A DNA stretch of 64,000 bases from a virus. The DNA is taken from the IMG/VR virus record IMGVR_UViG_3300050343_000270, positions 1-64,000 of that record, one strand, 5' to 3'. The notes beneath the pieces were generated by a model that had not been told where the DNA came from, did not search any database, and saw only the letters and a program-made list of their open reading frames with translations. Below are positions 1-11,310 of the stretch, piece by piece. The first letter of the stretch is position 1. The number at the start of each line of letters is the position of its first letter. A program made the position numbers and the translations under genes.

Positions 1-1348
1 AATCTGGACGGCTACACGGATGACAGCGGTGTATTGAAACCACGCGACGAGAGCGACCCGACGAAGGACACAGACGGCAATCCTCTGCAATACAGCGGCA
101 GCGTCTACCCACGCCGACCAGAGTATCGAAACAGCTACGCAGCGAGCTTTGACGGTGTTGATGATTATATTTCAGCGGCTCACTTGACAGGCTCGGAGAC
201 GGTTACGAGTAGCGAAGGAACATCTACGCCATCAATCAGCGCGGGAAGGGTAGACTTCACAGCGGGAACATGTGGCAACTTGATCTTATCAGACGGCACG
301 CACTACCCACTCACAGAGGGCGCAGGAGACACCGCCCACGACATCAGCGGTAACGGCAACCACGGCACGATCAACAACGCATCCACAGGCACAGAGGGCG
401 CGGGCTTTTGGGCTGGCAGGATAGACGGTGAGGCGAACGCACTGAATAATAATAACGGATTCAGCAAGCGGATGTTTGTTTGATGGGGTGGACGATGCTG
501 TGGGTTTAAACGTATCGCCAGATGAGCTAATGGAGACGGGCGTTTTCGACTTGTCTCTTGATATTGTTTGGGATTCATCGAGTATTGCATCAGTAGGCAG
601 ACTAATCTGGTTCGCTGAATCCACTGGATTCTTCAGGGTTCAGAGAGACGCAACAACCAGCACCTTTAAACTATGGGCGCGCAAATCTTCAGGCTTGGAC
701 ATTATAGCCAAGACATCTATTGTAATATCAGCAGACATAAAACATACCTTGAGGCTTGTTGGTGATGGTGTTAATTGCTTGGTTTACTTAGATGGTGGAT
801 TGTTAAATACAATAGCCATGACCACTGCGAACTTTTACGCGCCGACATGGTCGGAAGTTTACCTAGGCTACCCTTCTTCCAGTGGGGTAAAAGGCGTGTT
901 TTACAACTGGTCATTAGCCACGGCATCAATCACGCAACAGCTTGATGGCAACGGCAACACCAACGCAGATTGGACAGACCAAAGCGGCAATGGCAACGAC
1001 GGCACGGTCAACGGATCTCCTGCATTGCTCCGCATACCCGCTGATACGTCAGACCCAACGAAAGACGTATTAGGCGACACACTCACCAACCCAGCCATTA
1101 CAGACGGCTACAACGGCGCAGAGACCGAGCTTGACGCTTACAACATTGCAGAGGGCGACAACCCATCACCAGCGACCAACAACAATTCAGACCTCGACGC
1201 AATCGAATTTGGCACAGACTTTGCAGCAAATGACGCGGCATTTATGCGGCTCAAATCATCGACCGAAAATGACCGACTGATTACCTTCGAGGATGACTTG
1301 ACAGGAGGTGATAAGACTCTCGCCGAAAAATTCACAGAAACCCCATAA
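1..1348 (+). CDS. Tail fibre/virion protein with LamG (concanavalin A-like) domains; 5'-partial, split by a probable 1-bp indel near 473-480
   Basis: Repeated FDGVDD and D.SGNGN.GT motifs typical of phage LamG tail proteins. ORFs 34..483 and 476..1348 join as KRMLFDGVDD if one T is removed. Confidence 0.7.
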
Positions 1349-1352
1349 CACC

Positions 1353-1811
1353 ATGATTAAAGCAACCTTACCAATGTCGGTTTTACAAACTGACCAAGAA
1401 GTCCAACCCCTCGCGCTGTATGCGTTAATGGCGGGAGTTCAACCCGACCGTGATGGGACAAATATCACTTACCATATTGAAGAAGAGTTCTTCACACTCG
1501 ACCACGCCAAACTGATTGTTTCTAAAGGTGGTGAGGTTTCGAGCTTCCCTCTGTTTATTGAGATTGATGATGTAACATCCGCAGTGGATGTTTCATTACC
1601 TGATTCGACATTCACAAACGAAGACGGCGAAGAAGTAGTTAATACATGGTCATCGTGGATGCTTTTCAACCATTCGGTTCTTGAACGTGGCGGCAGGTTT
1701 TTTGTGGAAACTGATTCCCACACAGGTAACGATTTACCATTTTCTCAGTTATTGGGTGTGGTTGATAGTCTTATTTTACCCTCGGATCTTCCACAAGAAG
1801 ATTCAACTTAA
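1353..1811 (+). CDS. Hypothetical protein, tail-associated
   Basis: ATG 4 nt after the previous stop; acidic 152-aa ORF. Confidence 0.6.
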   Translation: MIKATLPMSVLQTDQEVQPLALYALMAGVQPDRDGTNITYHIEEEFFTLDHAKLIVSKGGEVSSFPLFIEIDDVTSAVDVSLPDSTFTNEDGEEVVNTWSSWMLFNHSVLERGGRFFVETDSHTGNDLPFSQLLGVVDSLILPSDLPQEDST

Positions 1812-1814
1812 TAA

Positions 1815-2651
1815 TTAAGAATGTAAGGCTATACTAAAGTCAGCATTAACAGATCCATTATTTCCATTAGCATTAACAACATTCACCAAAATATCTGTTT
1901 TTGGAGCTAAAGCAATAGGATTGGTTAACATTTGATCATGGGAATTTTCTGTTGTAATGGAAGTTACTTCTTGCACTCTAAACACCTTCCCGTATTCTCT
2001 TGTTTTCAAATGAAGAGTGTATCCGATACTAGAAGAGCTACTAGTATTTTGCGCCGAAGCTTCGTATTGAAGTAGATAGCCTGTTGTGTTTTCTGGTATT
2101 GTGTAAAGAGCCATCAAGGTTTGGTTATTCGATGCTAGTATTTTTGCATAGGAAAGACTGTCGTCCCCATTCGCATGAATATTAATGTCTCCTGCAAAAT
2201 CAATATTGTCATTATTGAACGACCTGAAGACTCTAGACCAAGTTCCATCTACGTTCACCTCAGTTAGTCCATTTAAGCTACCTGTCCAGCTTGCCTCATT
2301 AAAGTTCTCATCCAAACCTTCAATAATGATTTCTTGAGAATCTCCACTATCGTCTGACTTGACTTGAATGCCCGTTCCAGCATCAGGCGGGAAAACATAT
2401 TCTGTAGAACCATCCCAAATAGTTTCTGGAGAAGCAACGCTAACACCAATGGCTATATCTGGATTTGACCCAAATTTTAAAATTCTATCGCTAGCCTTTG
2501 CAGATACGCTATCAGAGTAAGACCCTATATCGCCAACCTCCATTGGTCGCCAATAACCACTTGCAGAATCCCAAATGTAATTAAATGGTAAATTGTAATT
2601 TCTACTGGGACAAATTTCGAAAACTCCTGTGAAAGTTGGGTCGGCGCTCAT
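1815..2651 (-). CDS. Hypothetical phage protein, probably virion-associated
   Basis: 278-aa beta-rich ORF preceded by the GTGTAA-N8-ATG late motif. Confidence 0.6.
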   Translation of the reverse strand: MSADPTFTGVFEICPSRNYNLPFNYIWDSASGYWRPMEVGDIGSYSDSVSAKASDRILKFGSNPDIAIGVSVASPETIWDGSTEYVFPPDAGTGIQVKSDDSGDSQEIIIEGLDENFNEASWTGSLNGLTEVNVDGTWSRVFRSFNNDNIDFAGDINIHANGDDSLSYAKILASNNQTLMALYTIPENTTGYLLQYEASAQNTSSSSSIGYTLHLKTREYGKVFRVQEVTSITTENSHDQMLTNPIALAPKTDILVNVVNANGNNGSVNADFSIALHS

Positions 2652-2775
2652 TACAATTATTACACATCAAATCGTAAACGGAATAAATGTATTATTAACC
2701 CTTCTTTCTAATAACGATAGTTTTCAGTTCCACCCTGTTGTTGAAGGGTTGCTTATTTAAACGCTGGGCGAACAA

Positions 2776-3375
2776 TTACTTTTTAAGTATTATTTCCTGC
2801 CCCAACACGCCCTTTATCATTTTTATTCTACCCTTCTCTGAGAAGTCGGCGGGAGTGTATTCGCTAGAAACTTGATTGTCTTCAATTAACCCAAGGCGCA
2901 TATATGCCTCCGCAACAAGTTCACTGCAAAAAACGCTACTTAGATCTTGTTTTTTATTCTTGCCGAAAAAAGATAAGTCAATAGCTGATTTAGCTAAACT
3001 CCATAAGTTTTTTTCATATGGCTTGTCGTTAATCTCGCGCCGCAACTCTGAAATAATCTCATTATCTTTTTCTGTAAAATCATATCCCCCCAACAACCTA
3101 ATAGCCACTCTACCTTTGTAGTTTTCTATTCTATTGCTTAGTTGTATAATTTGCACTCCTTTACGTTTCTTTTGGAAGATGTCGGGTGTATTATTCAAGG
3201 TTGTGCTTTCCCAAAGAGCGACAAAATCAAAACCTTCGATCTTCAAAACCATTCCTATATGAGAGTATTTATTTTTGGTTATCTTTTTAATCAACCAACT
3301 CACAAAACTTTTTCCACCAAATAAAACTATGTCACCAGTTTTTAATTCGTTCCTAATTTCCTCATACTCTACCAT
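2776..3375 (-). CDS. Permuted papain-like NlpC/P60 amidase (YiiX/YebB-like)
   Basis: LKTGDIVLF, YSHIG and FCSELVAEAY motifs in the permuted His-before-Cys order. Confidence 0.85.
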   Translation of the reverse strand: MVEYEEIRNELKTGDIVLFGGKSFVSWLIKKITKNKYSHIGMVLKIEGFDFVALWESTTLNNTPDIFQKKRKGVQIIQLSNRIENYKGRVAIRLLGGYDFTEKDNEIISELRREINDKPYEKNLWSLAKSAIDLSFFGKNKKQDLSSVFCSELVAEAYMRLGLIEDNQVSSEYTPADFSEKGRIKMIKGVLGQEIILKK

Positions 3376-3435
3376 GTCTTTTATTACACTTTTTTTATTG
3401 ACAAACCAATGAAAACCGATACGATCAGTCGTATT

Positions 3436-4299
3436 ATGATTAAAGCCTTCTTATTTAAAAACGGTGTTGTCGCGGTTGGAGAAAATAGCCCAGAGTTTTC
3501 TGATTACATACTTGATCTATCTGATCAGCATGAAAGCCTACCGACTCATTGGACTTCTTTTGATAACCAAGAAGAATTTCAACAATTCCAGAGAGAATAT
3601 GAATCTGACGGTATCATTGATATGAAATTGGGTATAAAAGAATGGGCGCATAGTCTAAGCTCATTAAATACATGTAAAATAAGTGTAAAATACTATGTGA
3701 AGCACTTAAATCTAGAAGATTATAGCCAAGAATTTAGGAATTTTTACACTTTTGCAGATGAATACCGCCGCGAACACGGCGGTATTTTTGATTTCAGAAA
3801 ATCCAATACTGTAATAGCTGATGGGTGCAAGTGTCGTGGTTATTACGAAGATGCCACTAAAAAAATGGTTGTCGCTATTAAAAACGACCTTTCCACCGAG
3901 GTTTTTGTGCATGAATTTTGCCATTTTATGCAGGATGTCGAAAAAGACCCAGTATACACAAACTGTGAAGATGATTTCTGGTGGGCTTTGGATTCTGATT
4001 CTTGGGAGATGAAGAATTGGCGTTCTATTTTACAGTATATAGCATTGGAGCGCGATTGTGAATTGAGGGCATTGGACTTCTCTTCTAAATACAACCTTTT
4101 TGACAACAAGGAATATGCACAAAACGCTAACGCCTACTTTTATTTTTATCAATATGTATTTTTAACCAATAACTGGTCTTCCACAAATAACCTAATGAAT
4201 TCAAAATTAGTGTCTAAAATGCCTGAAGAAATCTTACCCTTAAAAACCTTCGAAAAAATTGATATGAACGTTATGCTTGAATATAGCAAATATTTTTAA
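3436..4299 (+). CDS. Putative zinc metallopeptidase (HExxH)
   Basis: VFVHEFCHF plus downstream LERDCE; start taken at the ATG after a TTGACA promoter. Confidence 0.6.
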   Translation: MIKAFLFKNGVVAVGENSPEFSDYILDLSDQHESLPTHWTSFDNQEEFQQFQREYESDGIIDMKLGIKEWAHSLSSLNTCKISVKYYVKHLNLEDYSQEFRNFYTFADEYRREHGGIFDFRKSNTVIADGCKCRGYYEDATKKMVVAIKNDLSTEVFVHEFCHFMQDVEKDPVYTNCEDDFWWALDSDSWEMKNWRSILQYIALERDCELRALDFSSKYNLFDNKEYAQNANAYFYFYQYVFLTNNWSSTNNLMNSKLVSKMPEEILPLKTFEKIDMNVMLEYSKYF

Positions 4300-4414
4300 T
4301 AATGCGGTGTAAATACTAGTGAAGACATTTATACGCATCAGTCGCCCAACCCCAATTACATACAGAGGTGTAATGATTGTTGATGTATAAAAATTAATTT
4401 TTTAAATATACCCA

Positions 4415-5512
4415 ATGTCAATAGAACTTACAACAGCAACAGCGGCGGAAATAAATGCCATCAAAACTTCTTTGGGCTTGGAAAACGCTCAAGATCAACC
4501 CGCAGAAGGAGCGTTCGAAGACGGCGATAAAACAAAGATAGATGGCATTACTTCTCCGATAAGTGTTACAGACAATGCGGCACGGCTGGCTTTATCAGAT
4601 GGTGTGGTTGGCGCGACATACGTCACCCAAACCACTGAAAATACTAGTATATTATTTTTTCTTATAGCAGAAGATGAATCGTTGGAGAGTTCGTGGCTTA
4701 AAATCCCCTATTCGACCGAAGATGATGGCACAATTGTTGTGAATATGGAGTTGTCTGATTTTGATGGTCTTGTTGCCGACGAAGATGCTTTTGGTCAGGT
4801 TCATGGAATCCCTGTTATTGGAGACGGAGTTAAGACTGGAGGCAATAGACTATCTTTAAGATTAGATCACCCTTTTACTATAACCAACACGGGTGGTGGC
4901 GGAAGCTTCACTGACGATGGCATACCTAAACTAATTGATTGGGATGATATTTATACTTCTGCCATGGGTCCTCCTGAGTTTTATTATAGTACTAATTTAA
5001 CTGATCTAGTATTGGGTAGTAAAGTGACTTCAATAGCAGAAGGTGAGTTTGCCCTTGCTTATAACCTTGCAGGAACTATTGTTATTCCAGATGCTTGCGT
5101 AACCATAAGCGTTGACTATGGTTTGACTACTGGTGCTTTTGAAGCTTGTTCAAGTATTGAAAAGTTGGTTTGCGGATCGGGCTTGAATCTTATTTTCGAC
5201 AAGTCATTTAATGGTTGCACTTCGCTTGCAACTGTTCTTTTGAATGAAGGATTAACTGAGTTGGGCGATGATGCCTTTAATAGTTGCGCGATAACCACGA
5301 TAGATTTGCCCTCAACAATCACTGATATGGGTAACCAGTGCTTTAAAAATTGTTCATCATTGGCTACTGTAAATTGTTACGCGACTACAGCCCCAACTTT
5401 GAGTGGTAGTAATCACTTCCAGTCCACATCAGCCACTCAAATACATGTGCCAGTTGGAGCTACAGGGTATGGAACAACATTCGCTGGTCTAACTGTAGTT
5501 GCAGACTTATAA
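4415..5512 (+). CDS. BspA-type leucine-rich repeat (LRR_5) protein, putative receptor-binding or tail protein
   Basis: Repeats AFEACSSIEKL, SFNGCTSLATV, CFKNCSSLATV and a C-terminal IHVP..ATGY cap. Confidence 0.85.
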   Translation: MSIELTTATAAEINAIKTSLGLENAQDQPAEGAFEDGDKTKIDGITSPISVTDNAARLALSDGVVGATYVTQTTENTSILFFLIAEDESLESSWLKIPYSTEDDGTIVVNMELSDFDGLVADEDAFGQVHGIPVIGDGVKTGGNRLSLRLDHPFTITNTGGGGSFTDDGIPKLIDWDDIYTSAMGPPEFYYSTNLTDLVLGSKVTSIAEGEFALAYNLAGTIVIPDACVTISVDYGLTTGAFEACSSIEKLVCGSGLNLIFDKSFNGCTSLATVLLNEGLTELGDDAFNSCAITTIDLPSTITDMGNQCFKNCSSLATVNCYATTAPTLSGSNHFQSTSATQIHVPVGATGYGTTFAGLTVVADL

Positions 5513-5529
5513 CCTTAAATTTAAATAAT

Positions 5530-5991
5530 ATGAAAAAAGCTGTAATTAATACAAACGGAGTTATTTTAGATGTTTATAATGACGACGAAACACCTTATGT
5601 TCCTGAAAACTGTGAGGTTGTGGAAATAAGCAATACAAAAGCTTCAAAAGTTGAATCTAACAAGCCTGAAAAAAGCTGTTTGGTTGATAATGAAATAATT
5701 ACTATGACCGAGTGGTTTGCACTGAGGGTTTCAAAAGTTGTTCCTGAATCAGTTGATACATGGAAGTTAAAAGCTATTTTAAAAATCGCAGGTAAAACTC
5801 CCGTGATTGAATCTGTTATTGCTGGAATGTCTGATGATTTAATGGGTATTTCCATACAAGAGGGTTGGAAAAACGCGGCGATTATACAGCGTCACCACCC
5901 CCTTGTCTTAGCCATGATAAACATTCCCGAACTCGACGTAACCGCCGAGCAAATGGATGAATTCTTTTTAGCTACAAAGCAATTGGACTAA
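5530..5991 (+). CDS. Putative tail-fibre assembly/chaperone protein (paralogue of 57067..57555)
   Basis: C-terminal VVPESVDTWKLKAIL...MDEFFLATKQ closely matches the 57067 ORF; both follow LRR genes. Confidence 0.6.
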   Translation: MKKAVINTNGVILDVYNDDETPYVPENCEVVEISNTKASKVESNKPEKSCLVDNEIITMTEWFALRVSKVVPESVDTWKLKAILKIAGKTPVIESVIAGMSDDLMGISIQEGWKNAAIIQRHHPLVLAMINIPELDVTAEQMDEFFLATKQLD

Positions 5992-5994
5992 GTC

Positions 5995-8482
5995 ATGGCG
6001 ATTATTTTAAAACATTCTCCATCCGCCCCTCTTCTTAGACTTCGCAAACTCAGAGATAGAGGTGCGGGGTTTGATTTTTGAAGGAGGTTTTGAATTGATT
6101 TCTGGTTCAGTTAATCAACAAACCGTCAGCGATGACGCGATTTATGATAGCTACACCAGCCCTGTTTACCATTTTAACGGCGCATTCTCTGTTTTCGGTT
6201 TACATAACCCTAGTTTTGTCAGCCTTAATCCAGAGGTAGCTACTATTGCACCTGATGGTGTTATCACTAGGGTCTCTTCGGGTTTTTGCCGATTCTTAGC
6301 AAAAGACGGGATTACCCTAGGAAAAAAGTTGGATCTTAGAGATGTCTCAGGTCAACCCTCTGTTGATATTTATAATTCGCCCACATTGGATTGTTTAGCT
6401 ACACATGCTTCTGATCAAGTTGATTCTCGAATCAATAACACCATGACAATGAACGCAAATGGCAAGGTGTATACATCCCAAGATCATTCAACTCCATCCT
6501 ACACGCGGAATACTAATTTATGGTGCAGTCAAGGAGATGCTATAGACATGACCTGTATATCTCCTTGGAACTCTCGTGGGGCGCATAAACGAGCGGGAAC
6601 TGCTATTACACCTCGTCATGTTTTAAATGCGGCGCATTACCCTCTTTATGTCGGTGACACTATTAGATTTGTCACTAACGATAACACAGTTATTACTAGA
6701 ACAATAACTGGAGCAAATGGTCAATGGGTCAACAACAGAGATTTTCGCCTATATACTCTTGACAGCGACCTTCCTGCCACCATTAAACCTTGTAAGGTTA
6801 TGCCGTCTAACTGGAGGGATTATGCTGTTAACAACTCTCTAAATCGCCCAGCGGCACTAGGTTTAGACCAAGAAGAAAAAGCTCTTATCATAGATTGGCG
6901 AGGTGAGGGTCGTTTTTTAACACCTGTTGATAGTGATCGTTTGATTTTCCACGAAAACAAGATAAGTGGCGATTCAGGAAACCCAGCTTTTTTAATTGTA
7001 AATGATGAGTTGGTTTTAATTACTTGTTGGACATATGGCGGTGCGGGAAGTGGAACTAGCGTCGGAGATAATGTTGATCATATCAACACTTTGATTTCAA
7101 ATGCTGATACGGAAGCAAATATATCTTCTGGCTATACGGCTACAGAGGCGGATTTTTCGGGTGGTAGACCCAATCGCAGTAGTCAAGTTTGTAATTTTGA
7201 CGGATCAAATGATCGGTTAGACTGCTCAACCAACGCACTAGTGAGGAGAGGGAACGTGGTAGAATTTAAAGTAAAGGTTGATTACCAAGTAAATCAAACA
7301 ACTCATATTATTAATACACGGCATAGTAGTAATTCTAGTACTTGTTTCGCGCCGAGGCTTATGGTAAATCATAATAACAACCAAATAAGATTCTACGGTT
7401 GCCGAGGAACGCCTTTCCCTTATTGGAATATTGATTCGTCCTTTTATGGTGTGTGGCACACAATAAAGCTTCGCATGCACAACACTAATGGAACGTTGAT
7501 TTATCTATCAATTGACGGCGGCGATGAAGTGTCTATAGACTCTAATATAACAACAAGTCCAGGCGATTGGGGTGGAACTAGAAACACATATTGGTCATTT
7601 GGAACTGGTAAAAACATGGAGCTTTCAGATGTTAAGATATTTACAACCGAATCTGATTATAACTCAAACAACCCCATTATACATCATCCCTTGATAGAGG
7701 GATCGGGGACTACCGCGTATGATGCTTCTGGAAACGGTAATCACGGTACACTTGTAGGAGGGTTGCCATTCACATCTTCTTCAGATTTCCCATTAATAAA
7801 TAATACTGCTAACAGAACAGGTTTCACCGCTGGATACAAAACATCTGCTTCTTCTGGCAGGGCGCGTTGGAACGCGGGGACGTTGCCTTCATTTGATGTA
7901 AAAAAATTCAAACTAAAATGGTATCAACCCGTTGAAATAACTTCCGCTGATACGGGGGGATGTTTACTTTGCCTTAACGACGGTAACGGTAAATTCACAT
8001 TGAGAACAGGATCTTCTTCGGGTTTAATATCTAATGAAACCTTAACGCTTAACGGAACCACTAGCTCAAGAACTTACATTCAGGACACTATATCTGTAGG
8101 ATGGCATACCATAGAAATGGAATACGATGGTAACAACAACTGGTCAATAACATTCGACGGTCAACTCAAGTCAGCATTAACTTATTCACAATCTTCATTT
8201 AGAACTTGTAATGTAGCTTGGATCGGTCCTTCTCAAAACGGCAGTAATGCTGACGCCAATACAATTTATTCAGAATTAAAAGTGTGGGATGATTCAGATA
8301 CCCTTAGAATAGATTTATCGTTAGACGAAGAGGTTCTGATAGATAGGGTTTCTGGTGAATCGCCCGATCAGACTTCGTCTATATCTTCAATAGCTATACC
8401 TATAGATTCATCCGATCCCACACAAGATGTTTTAGGCGGCGACGCACAACATTTAGGCATCTCTTTTACGGATTACAGTTAA
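5995..8482 (+). CDS. Tail protein with trypsin-like serine protease domain and LamG domains (probable 1-bp indel near 6075-6079)
   Basis: Triad motifs NAAHY, RDFRL and GDSGNP, followed by NFDGSND and YDASGNGNHGT. ATG 5995 joins the 6062 ORF if one T of GATTTTTGAA is removed. Confidence 0.75.
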
Positions 8483-8611
8483 TACTAAAAAAAGTCCCAA
8501 GTTTAAACGCAAAAGTTGCAAATAATTGGTGTAATTTAATAAAGGCAGTCTTTGATTAGGCACAAACATATTAAAATTACAAACAAAACCCTCAACCCAA
8601 ACAATAAAACA

Positions 8612-8824
8612 ATGTATCTAACAAACAAAATTATTCTTGCAACCATTATTTCCTTTTTTGCATTTTACCTAACATCTTGTGGGTTTAAAGCTACATATAC
8701 CAGCCCTAAAACGGGTATTAAATATGTAGTTACAGAAGGGGAAGACGGCAAACCTAATTTGGAAATCGATTCCTCAAAAGCCGTTCATGAAAAAAATGGA
8801 ATTAAAATTGAGGTGGCAAAATAA
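8612..8824 (+). CDS. Small lipoprotein
   Basis: Signal peptide with lipobox-like LTS-C. Confidence 0.7.
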   Translation: MYLTNKIILATIISFFAFYLTSCGFKATYTSPKTGIKYVVTEGEDGKPNLEIDSSKAVHEKNGIKIEVAK

Positions 8825-9220
8825 ATGTCGCTACCCAGAAACATACTATCCACTGACTTCATTGGTGGTGAACGCATGTTCTGGTCAATGGAAGAAATGG
8901 TGTTTTGCAGTCACAAGGGTTCTCGCTTTGTTGTTAGCGCGGGGTTTCTCTCCGATGGTCTGAGCATACCCAAAATTTTTCAAAGTATTTTTTCAAAGTC
9001 GCCGCATTATATTTATGCTGGTATTCTTCACGATGCCAGTTATCGTTCAGACTTTTCCCATAAATACACGAGGAAAGAAGCTGATAAACTTTTCCTTTTC
9101 TACATGGAGGCTTATGGTGTGGGGTTTTTGGCTAGACATGTGATTTATCTTGCTGTGCGCATGGGTGGATGGTTAAACTACAAAAAATATAAAGCGAAAT
9201 ATTACGAGCGAACTCAATAA
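8825..9220 (+). CDS. DUF1353 family protein
   Basis: GFLSDGLSIP, AGILHDASY and RKEADKLF motifs. Confidence 0.8.
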   Translation: MSLPRNILSTDFIGGERMFWSMEEMVFCSHKGSRFVVSAGFLSDGLSIPKIFQSIFSKSPHYIYAGILHDASYRSDFSHKYTRKEADKLFLFYMEAYGVGFLARHVIYLAVRMGGWLNYKKYKAKYYERTQ

Positions 9221-9451
9221 GATCCATCGTGCTTTCGCTAAAAAGTCCCAAGTTTAAACGTAAAAGTTGCAAATAAGGGGTGTAATTCTAGGCTTTTTTT
9301 GAAAAATGATTAAAAATTGTTTTAATTGTCATTTTATGAGTTCATTTTGTGAAAAATGCTTATAAGCAACAAAAAAACGTTCTGTTCCTTAATATTTTTA
9401 ATTCAATTTTAATTAAATTAATTTGTTGACTTAATCTGAATCGTCACTATA

Positions 9452-10405
9452 ATGGTGGGCGTGAACATTAATTCTACATTTGATCAAGCAATCGGGCAGA
9501 ACAGCGTCAAGCAGACACTTAGCCTTTATATAGACGCATACAAGACAACAGACAGGCTTCCGTTTTTAAACCTTGTTACAGGTCGTGGCGGAGGCAAAAG
9601 TTTTTTTGTTAGAACTTTCCGCAAGGGTCTTCGTCGTAGTGATGGGACTACACCCAAGATATTTGAGGTTAATGCTAGCACTATTAGTAATAGCGCGGCG
9701 TTTTTTGAACAAGTTTATCCAACATGGGTAGAATCGGGTGCTATGCTCTTTCTTGACGAGGTTCACAACTTGCCTAAATCATTGCAACAAATCTTCCTTA
9801 GTATTTTTGATGTTAAAGATGATCCTGTTAGGACTGTTGAGTTTGAAGACGGTGTTTACAACTTTGATTTTCGCAAAATTAGTGCAGTCATGGCTACAAC
9901 CGACCAACAAAAATTAGCAGAACCTTTGCGCGACAGGTTGAGAGATATTTGTTTTGAGGAATATAGTTACGACGAGCTTTATGACATCTTTATAAACAAT
10001 CTTGATAATGTTACGGTTGATTATGCTGTTAGAAATTCCATCAAAGAAACTTTTCGTGGCAACCCTCGTGATGCTGTGGTTAAAGCTCTCGACATCAATA
10101 CTTATGTTGCGGCGAAAAACTGCCAGCATATCACTCAATCTTATTGGGATAACTTTTGTTCTATTATGGGTGTGCATAAATACGGAATCAACCACTCTGA
10201 GAAATTAATCCTCAAGGCTTTGAGTGAGAATAATAAGGGTATGACTTTAGGTAACCTTGCTTGTGTCACAGGTTTTGAGCGTTCTGTTATCCAAAAAGAA
10301 TACGAAACCATTTTGATCAGAAAAGGTCTTATTGAATTAGATGGTAAGCGTAAGATGACAGAAAAGGGTAGAAAGTTTGCTAAAGAACTTTTTGTTTGTG
10401 CTTGA
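9452..10405 (+). CDS. RuvB-like AAA+ ATPase (Holliday junction branch migration helicase-like)
   Basis: FDQAIGQ, Walker A GRGGGKS, Walker B FLDEVH, ATT, PLRDR, GNPR and a C-terminal winged helix (YE..LIRKGLI). Confidence 0.8.
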   Translation: MVGVNINSTFDQAIGQNSVKQTLSLYIDAYKTTDRLPFLNLVTGRGGGKSFFVRTFRKGLRRSDGTTPKIFEVNASTISNSAAFFEQVYPTWVESGAMLFLDEVHNLPKSLQQIFLSIFDVKDDPVRTVEFEDGVYNFDFRKISAVMATTDQQKLAEPLRDRLRDICFEEYSYDELYDIFINNLDNVTVDYAVRNSIKETFRGNPRDAVVKALDINTYVAAKNCQHITQSYWDNFCSIMGVHKYGINHSEKLILKALSENNKGMTLGNLACVTGFERSVIQKEYETILIRKGLIELDGKRKMTEKGRKFAKELFVCA

Positions 10406-10436
10406 TTTTTTATTCATTTTAAATTAAATACTAGAT

Positions 10437-10973
10437 ATGAATATTTTTATTTTAGATGAATCGCCCATGATCGCCGCCTCCTATCATTGTGATAAGCACA
10501 TGAAGCAGATCGTAGAAAGCGCACAAATGCTTGGCTCTGCTGTTATTCGTCACGGCGCGTTGCCCTCTCAGATGCCGCTGACAGCCTCTGGCAAGCCTTA
10601 CCGTGGTGGTTATCATTATCACCCCTGCACCGTCTGGTGTGGCGATACTCGCAAAAACTTCTTATGGCTGTGCGAGTTGGGTATTTCTCTTTGTGCCGAA
10701 TATACAGAGAGGTATGGTAAAGTTCACGCTTGTGAGCCTAAGATCATGCAATTAGCTCGTCTTAGTAATTTGATCCCTATGGGAGAACTAACAGATTTTG
10801 CCATTGCCATTTCCGACGATAGTCTTTGTCGCAGTCTCCCTAATTTTGATTCTTTGTCTGCTGTTGAGAAATACAGGGAATATTACAACCATGACAAATC
10901 TCGATTTGCTAATTGGCGATTAAATACTGCACCTAATTGGTATAAACCTATTGACAAAACCATCAAAGCATGA
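10437..10973 (+). CDS. Pyrimidine-dimer DNA glycosylase/endonuclease V-like protein
   Basis: MNIFILD...HCDKH...ESAQML...HPCTVW...EY..RYGKVH...YREYY, the signature of the phage DenV-like family. Confidence 0.85.
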   Translation: MNIFILDESPMIAASYHCDKHMKQIVESAQMLGSAVIRHGALPSQMPLTASGKPYRGGYHYHPCTVWCGDTRKNFLWLCELGISLCAEYTERYGKVHACEPKIMQLARLSNLIPMGELTDFAIAISDDSLCRSLPNFDSLSAVEKYREYYNHDKSRFANWRLNTAPNWYKPIDKTIKA

Positions 10974-10985
10974 ATAATCAATTCC

Positions 10986-11309
10986 ATGGAACACGAAGAA
11001 CTTAAATTAAATATAATTGAATGGGGCTATGAAAAAGGCATACTTGGAAAAAACGCAAATCCACTAAAACAACTAGACAAGACATTTGAAGAAATTCTTG
11101 AGACAAGAGATAATGTGGTAAGTTATCTACTCAATCCAAAAAGTGAGTTTATGGATGAAATTCAGGACGGGATTGGAGATACAATTGTTACTCTTATTAT
11201 GTTGGCTTCTATTTTCCGAGTAGATATTGACGATTGTCTTTTGCTTGCTTATAACGAAATCAAGGGTAGGACAGGTAATATGGTTGACGGCGTTTTTGTC
11301 AAAGACTAA
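10986..11309 (+). CDS. MazG-like NTP pyrophosphohydrolase
   Basis: Q..KT.EE..E, DGIGD.IVTL and AYNEIKGRTG..VDGVFVK. Confidence 0.85.
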   Translation: MEHEELKLNIIEWGYEKGILGKNANPLKQLDKTFEEILETRDNVVSYLLNPKSEFMDEIQDGIGDTIVTLIMLASIFRVDIDDCLLLAYNEIKGRTGNMVDGVFVKD

Positions 11310-11310
11310 A

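Larger units (their letters stand above)
8489..9287 (+). repeat. ~48-bp direct repeats (8489-8536 and 9240-9287) flanking two genes
   Basis: AAAAAGTCCCAAGTTTAAACG(C/T)AAAAGTTGCAAATAA..GGTGTAATT occurs twice. Confidence 0.85.

Noticed and set aside
470-6085. Programmed frameshifts at ~475 and ~6077 (also ~63970)
   Set aside because: Single-base indels in short homopolymers with no slippery heptamer; more likely sequencing errors.
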